The notes below the pieces were generated by a model. That model saw nothing but the letters and a program-made list of their open reading frames with translations, had not been told where the DNA came from and ran no database searches. Below, one piece after another: positions 1 through 10,720 of a stretch of 64,000 nucleotides of DNA. The stretch covers positions 1 to 64,000 of the IMG/VR virus record IMGVR_UViG_3300044678_002717; one strand, written 5' to 3'. The position numbers and the translations under genes are program-made. How positions within the stretch are numbered: the stretch's first letter is position 1; the number at the start of each line of letters is the position of its first letter. Source of the DNA: a virus.

Positions 1-2240
1 GTACTATCATCAAAAATTGTTGTTGCAGGTATAAATTGTTTAATAAATGAGTTAAAAATATTATCTAAATTATCAACATATTTGTTTATATCATAAAAAT
101 TTCTTTTATTTGAGTTACTATTTGCATAATAATCATAATATAATTTACTTAAAGAAGGATAATGTGAACCTATTGCTGAATCTGTTACTTTTCTATTTTG
201 AGCATTTATAAATGTTGAATATATTTTATCAATATATTGTGCAAATGTCAGTTGAGTTGTATCAAAAATATTTGATTCTCTTTGAGGATATGTTGAAGAA
301 GTACTTCCTGTACTAGAAACAGGTACATTATATTGTTGATTAAAATTATAAACATCATATTCAATTGCTCTTGAAGAATCTATATTTATCGTTACTTCTT
401 TTGAATTAATTATTAATCTAGAATCATTTATATTATAATTTGTATTTCTTCCTGTTGATGAATGTGTACTAGCACTTTCATAATAAACCCAAGATTTTTT
501 ATTATCAACTACCTTTTTAAGAATAAAATTTGGTACATCTTCTTTTTGTGGAAAATTTTTTCTATAAAGATTTATAAAACTTTCACCACCATCTTCTGTG
601 CCATTTATTTGAAAATAAAAATCTGTGTAAAATCTTCGTGTATATACAAATGAATCCGAATAATATCTTGGACTTATTGGATAACCATCATTATCAGAAA
701 TAATTATGGTATCAGATTCATCAATAACATCTTCTTGTTCAGCCAAACGTGCTGCAATTGGAATGATTGTATCATCAATAACCGTAGAACCTTTAACAAC
801 AGGTGCATCAGCAACATACACATGCTCATCAAAATTAATTAATGCTTCAGGCGCACCAATAAAATTAAATATTGTTTCAATTGATTTTCTTGTTCCTTTT
901 GACTTTAAAAACCAAGATGTATTTATAACTAATCTTCTCCAAAGTTCAATGTCTACTTCAGCTAAAGAAGCTTCAATATCAGTATCACCACTTCTATCAT
1001 TTGCAAAAACAGAAGAAAGTAAATCTTTATCATTTATAATATTTTGTGCTTTCCAACCTAATGTTTTTGCGAGATTTTTTATTAAAACATCAGGTATGTT
1101 ATTTAATTTATCATAACTTACATTATTAACATACATTAATGAATCAATAAATATTTTTATTTCATCTATTTCTTTACCATAAATTTTTAATAATGATTCT
1201 GTTTTAAAAGAATTTGTGTTATCAAAATCTATTAAATTTTTTGGTATAAATTTTCTAAGAATTAAATTAGATTTATAGTCATCATATATATCACCAATAT
1301 TAAATAAATTTTCCAAAAACTCAACATAATCTAAAGACTCAGTATCCAAATTATAATTATCAAAACTTAAAGGAAATTTAAAATTATAAATTTGATAATC
1401 TAATTCATCATCATCATTAACTTGTGGTATTTTAAATTTAAAAGAATATTTTGGTGTTGTATTTTTATTTAAAAAATATCTTTCAAGTTCATTTAAAGAA
1501 TTATAAAATTTATTAAATTGAATATCATTTGGTTTTATTAAAAATGGTTCAGAAATATTTTGTGGAGCAGAATTTCCTGAAAATGGGTTTCCATTTATAC
1601 TAAAATATAAGTAAGATGAATTACTATTACTAAATCCTGTAAATCCATTTATACCATAATCTATATCATTTAATGTTAAAACATAATCTTCATATTTAGT
1701 TACTAAATTGTTTATAGTATTAGAAGTTAGACTACCATTGTTATAAAGATTTACAAAAAATGGGTTATCCAATATTGTTATTGGCGATTTAAATGTTGAT
1801 ATGTCATTAAATGAATCATATGTATAATCTAAAACATTAAAATAAGATATACCACTAACAAATGTATTAAAATATACACCTCCGGGAAATTTATTAATAA
1901 TGTTATTGATTGATAATCTAAATTTTTCTTTTAAAGACCCATAAGTAGCATAACTTGAAAGATTTTCTGTGTCTACGTTTAATTTTAATTTATTAGTAAT
2001 TTTAATAAAATCATCAAGTTCATTAAGATTACTAATTTTTAAATCACCAAGAGAAACATTTCTTTGAGTAATAATAAATTTATTTTCCTTTTTTATTTCT
2101 TCCCCTGTATTAAAAACAGTTGATAATCTAATACCACCATTAAAATATGTTGTTCCATAACTATCATTAAATATTGAAAAAGATGGTAAGTTTCTTTTAT
2201 TAACTGTTTCAAAACCAATGTATTTTATTTTTTTTGCCAC
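1..2240 (-). CDS. Putative baseplate wedge/tail protein, truncated by the window start
   Basis: Not in the ORF track. GTG start at 2240 (MAKKIKYIGF) after a late motif; spot-translated segments are in one frame and include LWRRLVINTSWFLKSKGTRKSIE and QFIPATTI, reminiscent of P2 gpI-type baseplate proteins. Confidence 0.6.
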   Translation of the reverse strand, partial: MAKKIKYIGFETVNKRNLPSFSIFNDSYGTTYFNGGIRLSTVFNTGEEIKKENKFIITQRNVSLGDLKISNLNELDDFIKITNKLKLNVDTENLSSYATYGSLKEKFRLSINNIINKFPGGVYFNTFVSGISYFNVLDYTYDSFNDISTFKSPITILDNPFFVNLYNNGSLTSNTINNLVTKYEDYVLTLNDIDYGINGFTGFSNSNSSYLYFSINGNPFSGNSAPQNISEPFLIKPNDIQFNKFYNSLNELERYFLNKNTTPKYSFKFKIPQVNDDDELDYQIYNFKFPLSFDNYNLDTESLDYVEFLENLFNIGDIYDDYKSNLILRKFIPKNLIDFDNTNSFKTESLLKIYGKEIDEIKIFIDSLMYVNNVSYDKLNNIPDVLIKNLAKTLGWKAQNIINDKDLLSSVFANDRSGDTDIEASLAEVDIELWRRLVINTSWFLKSKGTRKSIETIFNFIGAPEALINFDEHVYVADAPVVKGSTVIDDTIIPIAARLAEQEDVIDESDTIIISDNDGYPISPRYYSDSFVYTRRFYTDFYFQINGTEDGGESFINLYRKNFPQKEDVPNFILKKVVDNKKSWVYYESASTHSSTGRNTNYNINDSRLIINSKEVTINIDSSRAIEYDVYNFNQQYNVPVSSTGSTSSTYPQRESNIFDTTQLTFAQYIDKIYSTFINAQNRKVTDSAIGSHYPSLSKLYYDYYANSNSNKRNFYDINKYVDNLDNIFNSFIKQFIPATTIFDDS

Positions 2241-2254
2241 TTATGATGATTTTA

Positions 2255-2279
2255 TATAAATAGTTAAGAACTATTTATT
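2255..2279. promoter_or_regulatory. Back-to-back putative late promoters (ACTATTTAT on each strand)
   Basis: TATAAATAGT at 2255-2264 and ACTATTTATT at 2270-2279 between divergent structural genes. Confidence 0.6.
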
Positions 2280-2289
2280 AAAAAGTATC

Positions 2290-4650
2290 ATGAATTTTTT
2301 GAATTTTATAAAAACTAATAATAAAAATCATAAATCTGTAAGAATTAAAACCGATATAGGTGATAAATATCTTAATGTAAAATTAGACCAAACTTATGAG
2401 TCTTTAGATATATTATCTTTAAAAGTCTTTCAAAAAGATTTATATAGGTTATTTGATTCTGATTATGCAATTATTGTTGGTAGAGTAAATGGTAATCAAA
2501 ACACAGGAATACCAAATTGTAGAATATCTGTATTTATACCAAAAGATGAAGAAACTATAACTTCACCAACAAATTTAGAAGATATTAAAAAAATACAAGC
2601 AGCATCTTTATATACATATGAAAGTGTTTTTGATAGAGATGAAAATGGTAAAGTTTATAATTTACTACCAAAATATTCTAAAAACAGAAATTTTAATGGT
2701 TTCCCTGACAATGATTATGGAATTGGTGCAACACCTAAAACACCTGTTGGTACATTTCCTGAAAAAGAAGAAATACTAGCAAATGATAGTTTAGTTTATG
2801 TTTATGATAAGTACTATAAATATACAACTGTAACAAATGAAAGTGGTGATTATATATTAGTTGTACCTGCAAACAAAACTTTTACTGTTAATATGTCTTG
2901 CGATATTACAGATATTGGAAGATTTTCAACAATACCATCATTGCTTAAACTTCAAGGTTATCCCGATAATTTTTTTAAAAATGATAATACAACTATAAAT
3001 GATGATTTACCATTACAATCGTTACCAAATATTGACATACAAAATATACCTATAACAACAATACCGTTATGGTCACAAGATTCAGAAAATACAGAAGTTG
3101 GTATTAATAGACTAGATTTTAGTTTAAATAAAAAAATAGAACCATATGTAACAGTTATTGGAAATTACTTTACACAAAATAAAAGTTCTTGGTGGGGTGA
3201 TAGAATTAGTTTTAGACTTATACTTGGTTTAAGACATTTTTGTTTTAGAGCATTAGGAAGAAATTGGCAATGGAATTATGTTATTCCATTTATCAATATT
3301 ATGGTTTTTAAAAATAGATATTGTACTTTAAGAGGTGGTAAGGCAGAATATGACCCTTTTGATATAAGATTTATTCTAGCAGATACATGTGATGCTGCAA
3401 CAGCTAGAGGTACTTTAGGTGGTTCAGTAACTGATAGTTTATTTTTACAAAGACATGATAGGGGAAATATTGATATAAAAGTTTTCAGCATAAAAAATAC
3501 TTTAGATGAAAATCAATGTGACCAATTAAACTCATTAGGTACAACTAATGACCAAAATGCTGTTAATATATTAGGTCAATATAATACTGATACAGATATA
3601 GAGTTATTAGAGGAAAATAAATATTCAAAATTTATTAATAATGGTAATTTTATTACTTTAATTCCAACTAATAGAAAAAAAGTTATAACAAATGAAGAAG
3701 GCAATTTAATTGAAGTACCTTTTGATTCAGATAAAGGTATTTTTACTGAATTTAGAGGCTATTTTATTTGTACACATTTAGATGAGGTTGATAATCCTCC
3801 AACAAGAAATAGAACAGGAAAAATTAGATTAAAAATTCCACAAGAATTTGATTATAGACATAATCCATTAAGTTGGGTTTGGAAACATTTTAAATTTGAA
3901 TTTGGTGAGGTTTATAGCGTTGCTCAATATAATGAAGTAAGATTTGCTAATTTTAACCAAAATCAAGAAGCAGGTGATGATACTTTTGTTGAACCAAATA
4001 AAACTTCAGGATTTGATGAACAAACTAACATATTCTTTACAGGTATTATAAATGAAGATAATGAAAATATTGGCTATAGACCAAATAATAATTCCGATAT
4101 TGATTTTACATCTTTTTATAACCACATTACACTTTTAGGATTAGATAAAGATACTCCACCTGATGTCATTGATAACCCTAGTACAGGTGGTGGAGTTGAT
4201 TTAGATGCGCCTGAAGATACTAATATCTATAATTTTAGATTCTCAATAGAGGGTGATTCTCTTGATTCACCTATAATTCACACATTTACAGTTAGGAGAA
4301 CATATATTAATGAAGAATTAAATGAAGTTGAATTTACAGATATTATAATTAATAATATTTTAATTGAAAATAAACCCAATCCACTAAATTCATCATATAG
4401 CAGTTTTACTTATTTTATAACTAAGTCTAATAATTTAACACCTTTATATGAACAAACTTTAACACCTACTACAGTTACAGGTAATTTACCTGACCCAATT
4501 ATAATAACAAAAAATCAAATTTCTATTGCATATCCTGAATCCATATTTAGTACTTATCTTGGAGAATATGATGCCAAACTTGGTATTAAAAATACAATAA
4601 CAGGAAATGCAAATTATTTACCAATAAAAATTAGAGTAATTAGTCAATAA
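2290..4650 (+). CDS. Large virion structural protein (tail/baseplate), beta-sandwich-like N-terminal part
   Basis: 786-aa ORF; IVGRV...GIPNCRISVFIP and YTTVTNESGDY motifs; structural context. Confidence 0.5.
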   Translation: MNFLNFIKTNNKNHKSVRIKTDIGDKYLNVKLDQTYESLDILSLKVFQKDLYRLFDSDYAIIVGRVNGNQNTGIPNCRISVFIPKDEETITSPTNLEDIKKIQAASLYTYESVFDRDENGKVYNLLPKYSKNRNFNGFPDNDYGIGATPKTPVGTFPEKEEILANDSLVYVYDKYYKYTTVTNESGDYILVVPANKTFTVNMSCDITDIGRFSTIPSLLKLQGYPDNFFKNDNTTINDDLPLQSLPNIDIQNIPITTIPLWSQDSENTEVGINRLDFSLNKKIEPYVTVIGNYFTQNKSSWWGDRISFRLILGLRHFCFRALGRNWQWNYVIPFINIMVFKNRYCTLRGGKAEYDPFDIRFILADTCDAATARGTLGGSVTDSLFLQRHDRGNIDIKVFSIKNTLDENQCDQLNSLGTTNDQNAVNILGQYNTDTDIELLEENKYSKFINNGNFITLIPTNRKKVITNEEGNLIEVPFDSDKGIFTEFRGYFICTHLDEVDNPPTRNRTGKIRLKIPQEFDYRHNPLSWVWKHFKFEFGEVYSVAQYNEVRFANFNQNQEAGDDTFVEPNKTSGFDEQTNIFFTGIINEDNENIGYRPNNNSDIDFTSFYNHITLLGLDKDTPPDVIDNPSTGGGVDLDAPEDTNIYNFRFSIEGDSLDSPIIHTFTVRRTYINEELNEVEFTDIIINNILIENKPNPLNSSYSSFTYFITKSNNLTPLYEQTLTPTTVTGNLPDPIIITKNQISIAYPESIFSTYLGEYDAKLGIKNTITGNANYLPIKIRVISQ

Positions 4651-4652
4651 AT

Positions 4653-5300
4653 ATGGCATCATACACTAAAGCATACGCAATAAAAAATCAATGGTTAAAC
4701 ATGAGTTTATACTTTATAAATTTTATGTACAATACAAAAAAACCATTTAAAGATACAACAGTTGGTAAAATTTTAAAAAGTAAAGCATTTAGATATAGTG
4801 TTTATGTGCTTAGAGCATTACCATCACTTGCTTTTCCACCTTTGTTACTAGTTAATTTAGCACAAGCCTATGCTCTTGAAACAGCACAAGATTACATACA
4901 ACTTTGGGGAAATGTAAATGATGGTAAATATGTTTGTGGTTATATAACAACACCTGATAGATTAAAAGATAATAATGAATTATTAGGTGGCAGACAAAGA
5001 AACACAAAATGGTTAGCAAATGGTGATTATATCAAAACAACTTTTATTAAATTAGATAAAACTGATATTATTAGTTTTTTTGAAAAAGAAGATGTAGGTT
5101 TTTCAATTGAAAAAAATCTATTAAATTCACCAAATAATTATATGAGGCATACTACCAATAGTGGTAATATTACAAATCAAGAAAGAGAAAATAATGATGT
5201 TAATTCTTCAATTAATAACAATAATAATATAGTATATTTTTTAAAAGGAACAAATTTTAATGATATTATAATATATGCAATATCAACAAATTCAATATAA
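4653..5300 (+). CDS. Hypothetical protein, structural operon
   Basis: 215-aa ORF tightly coupled to neighbours. Confidence 0.5.
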   Translation: MASYTKAYAIKNQWLNMSLYFINFMYNTKKPFKDTTVGKILKSKAFRYSVYVLRALPSLAFPPLLLVNLAQAYALETAQDYIQLWGNVNDGKYVCGYITTPDRLKDNNELLGGRQRNTKWLANGDYIKTTFIKLDKTDIISFFEKEDVGFSIEKNLLNSPNNYMRHTTNSGNITNQERENNDVNSSINNNNNIVYFLKGTNFNDIIIYAISTNSI

Positions 5301-6784
5301 TGGAGCAGATAAAACCTGATAAAAGATATCTGTTAGCAGATAAGCAAAATTTAAATTTAAATATATCATTAAAAACAAATTTTAATGATGTCAATGAATT
5401 TAATAATACTAGAATTATATCATTATCAGAATTATTCACAAAAGAAAGAAATGATTCAAAAAATTATAGAATTTATGGTAATATAAATTATTTTTCTTTT
5501 TTAAGAAATAAAAAAACAAATCCATCCGATATTACAGATGTATTCAATGATGATTATTTAACTAATGGATTTAATTTAGAGGATTTTTTTGATTTAAAAA
5601 TTTTAAGATTATTACCAATTCAAACTTATTCAGGTAATACAAATACATTTGTAGAATTACTTACATCAATAACAAATACAAATGATTATAAATTAAGTTT
5701 TTTTGGATACAATAAAAATATTTATAATGAAAAAAATTATAATTTTAAATTTGAATCAAAATTTATTGACCCAAATGAAATAATTAAAATAAATGTACCA
5801 CCTAGTCTTGGTAGACCCGGATTATTAGAAAATTATATTTTTAATAATTATGTATATCTAGGTTTTATACCAAAACCAAGTAATTATTATAGTTTATATG
5901 AAAAAGTAATAGATAAAGATTATGTAAATACTTTAAATACAGGAACAACATATGGTTTTAATAAAACAGCATTTACATCAAACATAAATGAAATTGTAAA
6001 TTTAATAAACATTAATTCTAATTTTTCAAACAATGATTTTAATAAATATTTTATAGATAAATTAGAGATTTTTTTTAAAATTTATAATTTAAGCGTAGAC
6101 ATAGAAAATATAACTAGAAATTTAAGATTTATTAGAAATTATCTTGATATTGGAAATGGTGATTATAAAACAAAATCCTCATTAGATACACTAAATATGA
6201 GTGTTTTCACAGGAAATTCAATTTCTTTTGATAAAGAAAATTATAATTTTAGTGAAATAACTAAAAAAGAATATTTAATTAAATATCAATTAATAGATAC
6301 ATATGAAGGTGATAATACTTTATATTTGAATTGGAAATATAATAAAGGATACACAGCATTTACATATACAGAAACATTTTTATCATCAACAAACCCACTT
6401 AAAGTGGAATTAAAAATTGATTTTTGGTTTAAATTTAATCCTTTCTATAAAATAGAATTAAAAAAATACGACTCTTTAATTGATGAAATTTATAGTGGAA
6501 CAACAACAGATTTAATTCCACCACAAACAGCAATTGTAAATAATAATAGAATTATATGGAAAGATTTATTATTATATGGTGACCCCGATAATTATGATAA
6601 CCCATTTATAAATAATAACCATTATTTTTTTAATGATATTAATTTTTATTTGAAGCCTGACTTATCAGATAAAAATACATTTATATTAATTAATGAATTT
6701 TTATTAAGTTTTGGTAGTAATAATTATAATTTTAATAGAGAAAACATAACAATAAGACCACAAGGACCAAAAGAGATATGTTAA
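5300..6784 (+). CDS. Hypothetical virion protein
   Basis: 494-aa Asn-rich ORF with overlapping stop/start. Confidence 0.5.
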   Translation: MEQIKPDKRYLLADKQNLNLNISLKTNFNDVNEFNNTRIISLSELFTKERNDSKNYRIYGNINYFSFLRNKKTNPSDITDVFNDDYLTNGFNLEDFFDLKILRLLPIQTYSGNTNTFVELLTSITNTNDYKLSFFGYNKNIYNEKNYNFKFESKFIDPNEIIKINVPPSLGRPGLLENYIFNNYVYLGFIPKPSNYYSLYEKVIDKDYVNTLNTGTTYGFNKTAFTSNINEIVNLININSNFSNNDFNKYFIDKLEIFFKIYNLSVDIENITRNLRFIRNYLDIGNGDYKTKSSLDTLNMSVFTGNSISFDKENYNFSEITKKEYLIKYQLIDTYEGDNTLYLNWKYNKGYTAFTYTETFLSSTNPLKVELKIDFWFKFNPFYKIELKKYDSLIDEIYSGTTTDLIPPQTAIVNNNRIIWKDLLLYGDPDNYDNPFINNNHYFFNDINFYLKPDLSDKNTFILINEFLLSFGSNNYNFNRENITIRPQGPKEIC

Positions 6785-7587
6785 AAATTTTAACAAATTT
6801 TAGTAGTAGTACTATTTTAGATATTGATTTAAATCAAAATATTAGTTATATACCTAAAAGTGAATCAATAAAAAAATACATTAATACAGAAATAGAAAAA
6901 GTATTAAAAGATTCAATTTTAGAAGATAAAGATATTGAAATTATATCTTTTAGACCTGAAATAAATTATGCTTTTAAACCGTATTCCAACAATATTGCTA
7001 GACCGGGAATATTACAAGAAACATCATTTTATTTAGAAGTTGGATTTAGTTTAGATATGCTATTAACTAGTAATGTTTTTAGAAATGAATCATTTTATCT
7101 TTTTGATGTATATGATAACTATATTGATGGGAATCAAAATTTAATATCTAGAAATTTTTTAAAATTATCAAAAATAAATTTTACAACCGATATACAAAAT
7201 GATATAAATTTTAATTTGTCTACAATCCAAAAAGAATATACAAATATTTATATTCCATCGTATTATATAAATAATAATATTAATACTTTTTATTTTAAAA
7301 TTTGGTTTTTTAATGCAACAAACGGAAAGCTAAGATTTTTTGAATGTTCTCAAAATGAAACAGATAATTTAAAAAATTATTTTAAAATACAAGTCAATAA
7401 AAATGATAAAACATTTAAAATTTTAAATGGTGATTTAATTAATAATAATAACAATATTAAAAAAACTTATAAAATATCACAAATTATTGATATTGTTAAA
7501 GAATCAAAATTAAATGAAAATATAAATAATATCAAACCAATAATAAAACAACAAAAAACAATAACAACCGAAGGAAAATTTATATGA
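6778..7587 (+). CDS. Hypothetical virion protein
   Basis: 269-aa ORF in operon. Confidence 0.5.
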   Translation: MLKILTNFSSSTILDIDLNQNISYIPKSESIKKYINTEIEKVLKDSILEDKDIEIISFRPEINYAFKPYSNNIARPGILQETSFYLEVGFSLDMLLTSNVFRNESFYLFDVYDNYIDGNQNLISRNFLKLSKINFTTDIQNDINFNLSTIQKEYTNIYIPSYYINNNINTFYFKIWFFNATNGKLRFFECSQNETDNLKNYFKIQVNKNDKTFKILNGDLINNNNNIKKTYKISQIIDIVKESKLNENINNIKPIIKQQKTITTEGKFI

Positions 7588-7787
7588 TAGAATTAATTAC
7601 ATTTTTTTTAGGAACATTTATACCTAAATTCTTATTCTCAACATCAATCATCTACAATATATTTATAATATATACATTTCTAAAATGTATTAGAAAACAA
7701 GAAAAATTATCAGAAAATTTAACAAAAAAAGATAGTTTATACTTTTTCTTATCAATAAGCTATATATTTACTTATATTTTTATATGA
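7584..7787 (+). CDS. Small membrane protein
   Basis: 67 aa, two hydrophobic segments, ATGA overlaps at both ends. Confidence 0.45.
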   Translation: MIELITFFLGTFIPKFLFSTSIIYNIFIIYTFLKCIRKQEKLSENLTKKDSLYFFLSISYIFTYIFI

Positions 7788-8269
7788 AACTGAAAAAAAT
7801 AATTGAAGAACTAAAAGATTACATTGTCCAAATTAATTTTGATGACTTTGTTGATATTTACATGTCATTTCCATCTGATTGGGATATAACACCATTTTTT
7901 GATGAAAATGAAATTTACATCTTAGAAAACCCTAAAAAAACATTTGAAGATAATGGTAAAAAATATAATATTTACCAATTTATTTTAAAATCTATAGAAC
8001 ATACAGATGAACTGTTTAATATTCTTATACAAATAAAAAATACTTTTTTAGAGAAAGAAAAAATGTTATTTGAATTAAATAAAAAAATTGAACAAGAAAA
8101 AAGAGAACTTGAAGAAAGTATAAATAAAAAAATTGATTCTCTTCGTGGAGTTCAGAAAAATAAGAAATCTAAAAATGAGATAATTGAAAGAATTGAAGAA
8201 GTTGAAGAGTTTAAAAACATAGATAATGCTATGTCTATTAATGAAATTATGACTAATTATAATAAATAA
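7784..8269 (+). CDS. Hypothetical coiled-coil protein
   Basis: 161-aa ORF. Confidence 0.5.
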   Translation: MKLKKIIEELKDYIVQINFDDFVDIYMSFPSDWDITPFFDENEIYILENPKKTFEDNGKKYNIYQFILKSIEHTDELFNILIQIKNTFLEKEKMLFELNKKIEQEKRELEESINKKIDSLRGVQKNKKSKNEIIERIEEVEEFKNIDNAMSINEIMTNYNK

Positions 8270-8275
8270 ATCATA

Positions 8276-9400
8276 ATGATTTTTAAAGATTCACAAGAGC
8301 AAGATAAACTTTATAGGCAAATTAGAGTATCATTAGGTGAACCTGTCCGTGACTATAGTGATTGGGTTACCGATGATGTTATTGAGACTTATGTTGAAAT
8401 GGCTATAGAGGATTACATTTCTTATTTGGATAATTGGTTAATTGAACAGCAATGGTCTTCATTGGAAGGTTTAAATATTAGTTCAGCTAATTTTGTTGAA
8501 GCATTTACAACCAAAACACTTGATTTTGAAAAATCATTTGCTATAGCATATGGAAAACAAACAGGTATTTCAAGTCTTGGTGAATGGGAATTAAAAAGTG
8601 ATTATGTAACTATTTCAGCTAATACTCAAGTTTATACAATTCCATCAGGAAGAGAAATAAATGAAATTCTTTGGTATACACCACCACAAATTGCAACTAA
8701 TATTCTTGACCCAATTGGTTTAAATGGTGCTTGGTTTGGCGCACCAACAGGATGGTATTATGGAAATACACCTGCACAAGCAATGCTACCATCATTTTCA
8801 TTAATTTTATCCACTATGGATAGATTACAAAAGAAAAAGATTATTCAAAGTGAATTATCATATAGGATAGCACCCGGACCAAATAAAACAAAAAAGTTAT
8901 TTTTATATCCAATACCGGGTAGTAGAGATGAAATAGTTGGTAAATTTGGTAAAACGGAAGATGGTGCTAAAGTATGGTATTTTTATTATGATACTTTTGA
9001 TGCTAAAGGAAGAGATTTATGTTTAGAAGAAAATGATGATGTAGTTAAACTTCCTTCAGATGTACCGATTAGAATTAAAAAATGGGATAATTTAAATGCA
9101 CCATCTAAAAATAAAGTAAGGAGGTTATCTGTTGCATATGTAAAAAAATATCTTGCAACTATTTGGGCAAAAACTTCAGGAAAGATTAAATTACCAACAA
9201 AAGATGAAACTTTGGAAATTGATTATAAATATTTTGCAGAAGATTATGATAAAGAAAAGGATGCTATATTTAAAGAATTACAAGAAGATTTAGCTGAATT
9301 TACATATCAAAAAATTATGGAAAAGAAAGCATCAATTGGTGAAAATTTAAATAAAGTATTACAATATACACCTGCACAAACTCAGATAATTTGGAAATAA
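8276..9400 (+). CDS. Neck/head-tail adaptor protein (T4 gp13-like)
   Basis: N-terminal IRVSLGEP...VEMAIEDY pattern, KKLFLYPIP, size and position next to the head genes. Confidence 0.6.
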   Translation: MIFKDSQEQDKLYRQIRVSLGEPVRDYSDWVTDDVIETYVEMAIEDYISYLDNWLIEQQWSSLEGLNISSANFVEAFTTKTLDFEKSFAIAYGKQTGISSLGEWELKSDYVTISANTQVYTIPSGREINEILWYTPPQIATNILDPIGLNGAWFGAPTGWYYGNTPAQAMLPSFSLILSTMDRLQKKKIIQSELSYRIAPGPNKTKKLFLYPIPGSRDEIVGKFGKTEDGAKVWYFYYDTFDAKGRDLCLEENDDVVKLPSDVPIRIKKWDNLNAPSKNKVRRLSVAYVKKYLATIWAKTSGKIKLPTKDETLEIDYKYFAEDYDKEKDAIFKELQEDLAEFTYQKIMEKKASIGENLNKVLQYTPAQTQIIWK

Positions 9401-9403
9401 AAT

Positions 9404-9898
9404 ATGAACAGAACTTCATTTTATAATCAAAAAGATTTTGAGGCTGATATTAAGATGTCAAAAGACTATATTGATGAAGATATGGGTCTTACCATATATT
9501 TATATTCGGTTAATATAACAGCATCTAAAAAAGATATCTATGGCGAAAGTATGCCAAATGAAAAAGAATTTCTTGGACCATACAAATTGAGTGTATTTAT
9601 TTCAATACCACCATCAGAAAAGACAAAAATTGGTGGGCCTATGTTGGTTAATGAAAATGTTGAAACAGTTAAATTAGGTGTATATATTGATGAATTAGAT
9701 AAATTAGGTATTGATATAAAAAGAGGTGATTATATACTTTTTGATGATAACGATACTAAAAGATTTTACGAAATTAATACAATAACTAATTTTACAACAT
9801 CAAATCAAATGTATAACTATAAGGCTTTCTATAATGATATTACAGCTACATATGTAAAAGAATATAGATTGCCACAAAATCTTAAAAATTTACTTTAA
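9404..9898 (+). CDS. Head closure/neck protein (T4 gp14-like)
   Basis: DIYGE and IKRGDYILF...FYEI motifs; follows the gp13-like gene. Confidence 0.55.
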   Translation: MNRTSFYNQKDFEADIKMSKDYIDEDMGLTIYLYSVNITASKKDIYGESMPNEKEFLGPYKLSVFISIPPSEKTKIGGPMLVNENVETVKLGVYIDELDKLGIDIKRGDYILFDDNDTKRFYEINTITNFTTSNQMYNYKAFYNDITATYVKEYRLPQNLKNLL

Positions 9899-9899
9899 T

Positions 9900-9971
9900 A
9901 TGGAAAATAAAAATTGTGGCTGTGGTAGTACTAAAAAACCAACAGTAATTGTAAAAAGACCTAGAAGATAA
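9900..9971 (+). CDS. 23-aa basic CGC peptide (MENKNCGCGSTKKPTVIVKRPRR)
   Basis: Fills the gap exactly; its stop overlaps the next ATG; below the ORF-track cutoff. Confidence 0.45.
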   Translation: MENKNCGCGSTKKPTVIVKRPRR

Positions 9972-10264
9972 TGGAACACATATTATTATCATTATTTATT
10001 GGTTTCTGCTCTGCTCAGATAACCAAAGTAGCTGATTTTTCTTTTAATGAAGGAAATATATTAGATTGGTATTATATATTTTTATTAAAATATATTCAAC
10101 CTATATCAAAAAAATTAGCTAAACCTCTTGGAACTTGTATTAAATGCTTTTCAGTATGGGTTTGTTTTTTAATTTTTTTAATATTTACTATATACCTTTC
10201 TATACCTTGGTATTATATATTTTTGTCGCAAGGTATAAGTGCATTTATTATTTACAGAGAGTAA
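9971..10264 (+). CDS. Membrane protein, DUF1360-like (CxxCxxxW)
   Basis: PLGTCIKCFSVW plus hydrophobic helices. Confidence 0.45.
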   Translation: MEHILLSLFIGFCSAQITKVADFSFNEGNILDWYYIFLLKYIQPISKKLAKPLGTCIKCFSVWVCFLIFLIFTIYLSIPWYYIFLSQGISAFIIYRE

Positions 10265-10650
10265 ATATATCTAGCATTATATTTTTTAACATACATTTTA
10301 ATTAACCTACCTGCGATAGCATTGGCGGTATCTTCTATTATACCACCAATATCGGGTATGCTACCATGTATCTTTCCTTGTAAATCTTGTTTTTGATGAA
10401 CAAGTTCATGTGCAATAGTTCTAAGTATATCGGCTATTTGTCTTCCTTCATATATTGCATATACGCATTTATCTTTTGGATTATAACCACCTGTAGTTAT
10501 ATTCAAATGATTTTTTTTATTCATTAAAAAAATTTGAATATCATTTGTAATTTTAAGTTCTTTTTTACAGAACTTTAAAAACCTTCCCATGACTTTAAAT
10601 TTCTTAGGATTCAAATCATGAATTTTTTTTGAATAAGATATTTTAATCAT
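10252..10650 (-). CDS. HExxH zinc metallopeptidase-like protein
   Basis: LRTIAHELVHQKQ...IEDTANA; late motif at 10657-10666. Confidence 0.6.
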   Translation of the reverse strand: MIKISYSKKIHDLNPKKFKVMGRFLKFCKKELKITNDIQIFLMNKKNHLNITTGGYNPKDKCVYAIYEGRQIADILRTIAHELVHQKQDLQGKIHGSIPDIGGIIEDTANAIAGRLIKMYVKKYNARYIYSL

Positions 10651-10670
10651 TTTTATTATAAATAGTAAAT

Positions 10671-10697
10671 AAAAAAAGGGTGGAATAAATCCACCCC
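10671..10697 (-). terminator. Intrinsic terminator after the major capsid gene
   Basis: Minus strand GGGTGGA-TTTAT-TCCACCC followed by T7. Confidence 0.8.
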
Positions 10698-10720
10698 TTT
10701 AATTTTTATTCTAAGTTAGA

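Noticed and set aside
706-1116. Plus-strand ORFs 462-653 and 706-1116
   Set aside because: Antisense shadows of the long minus-strand baseplate-like gene 1-2240.
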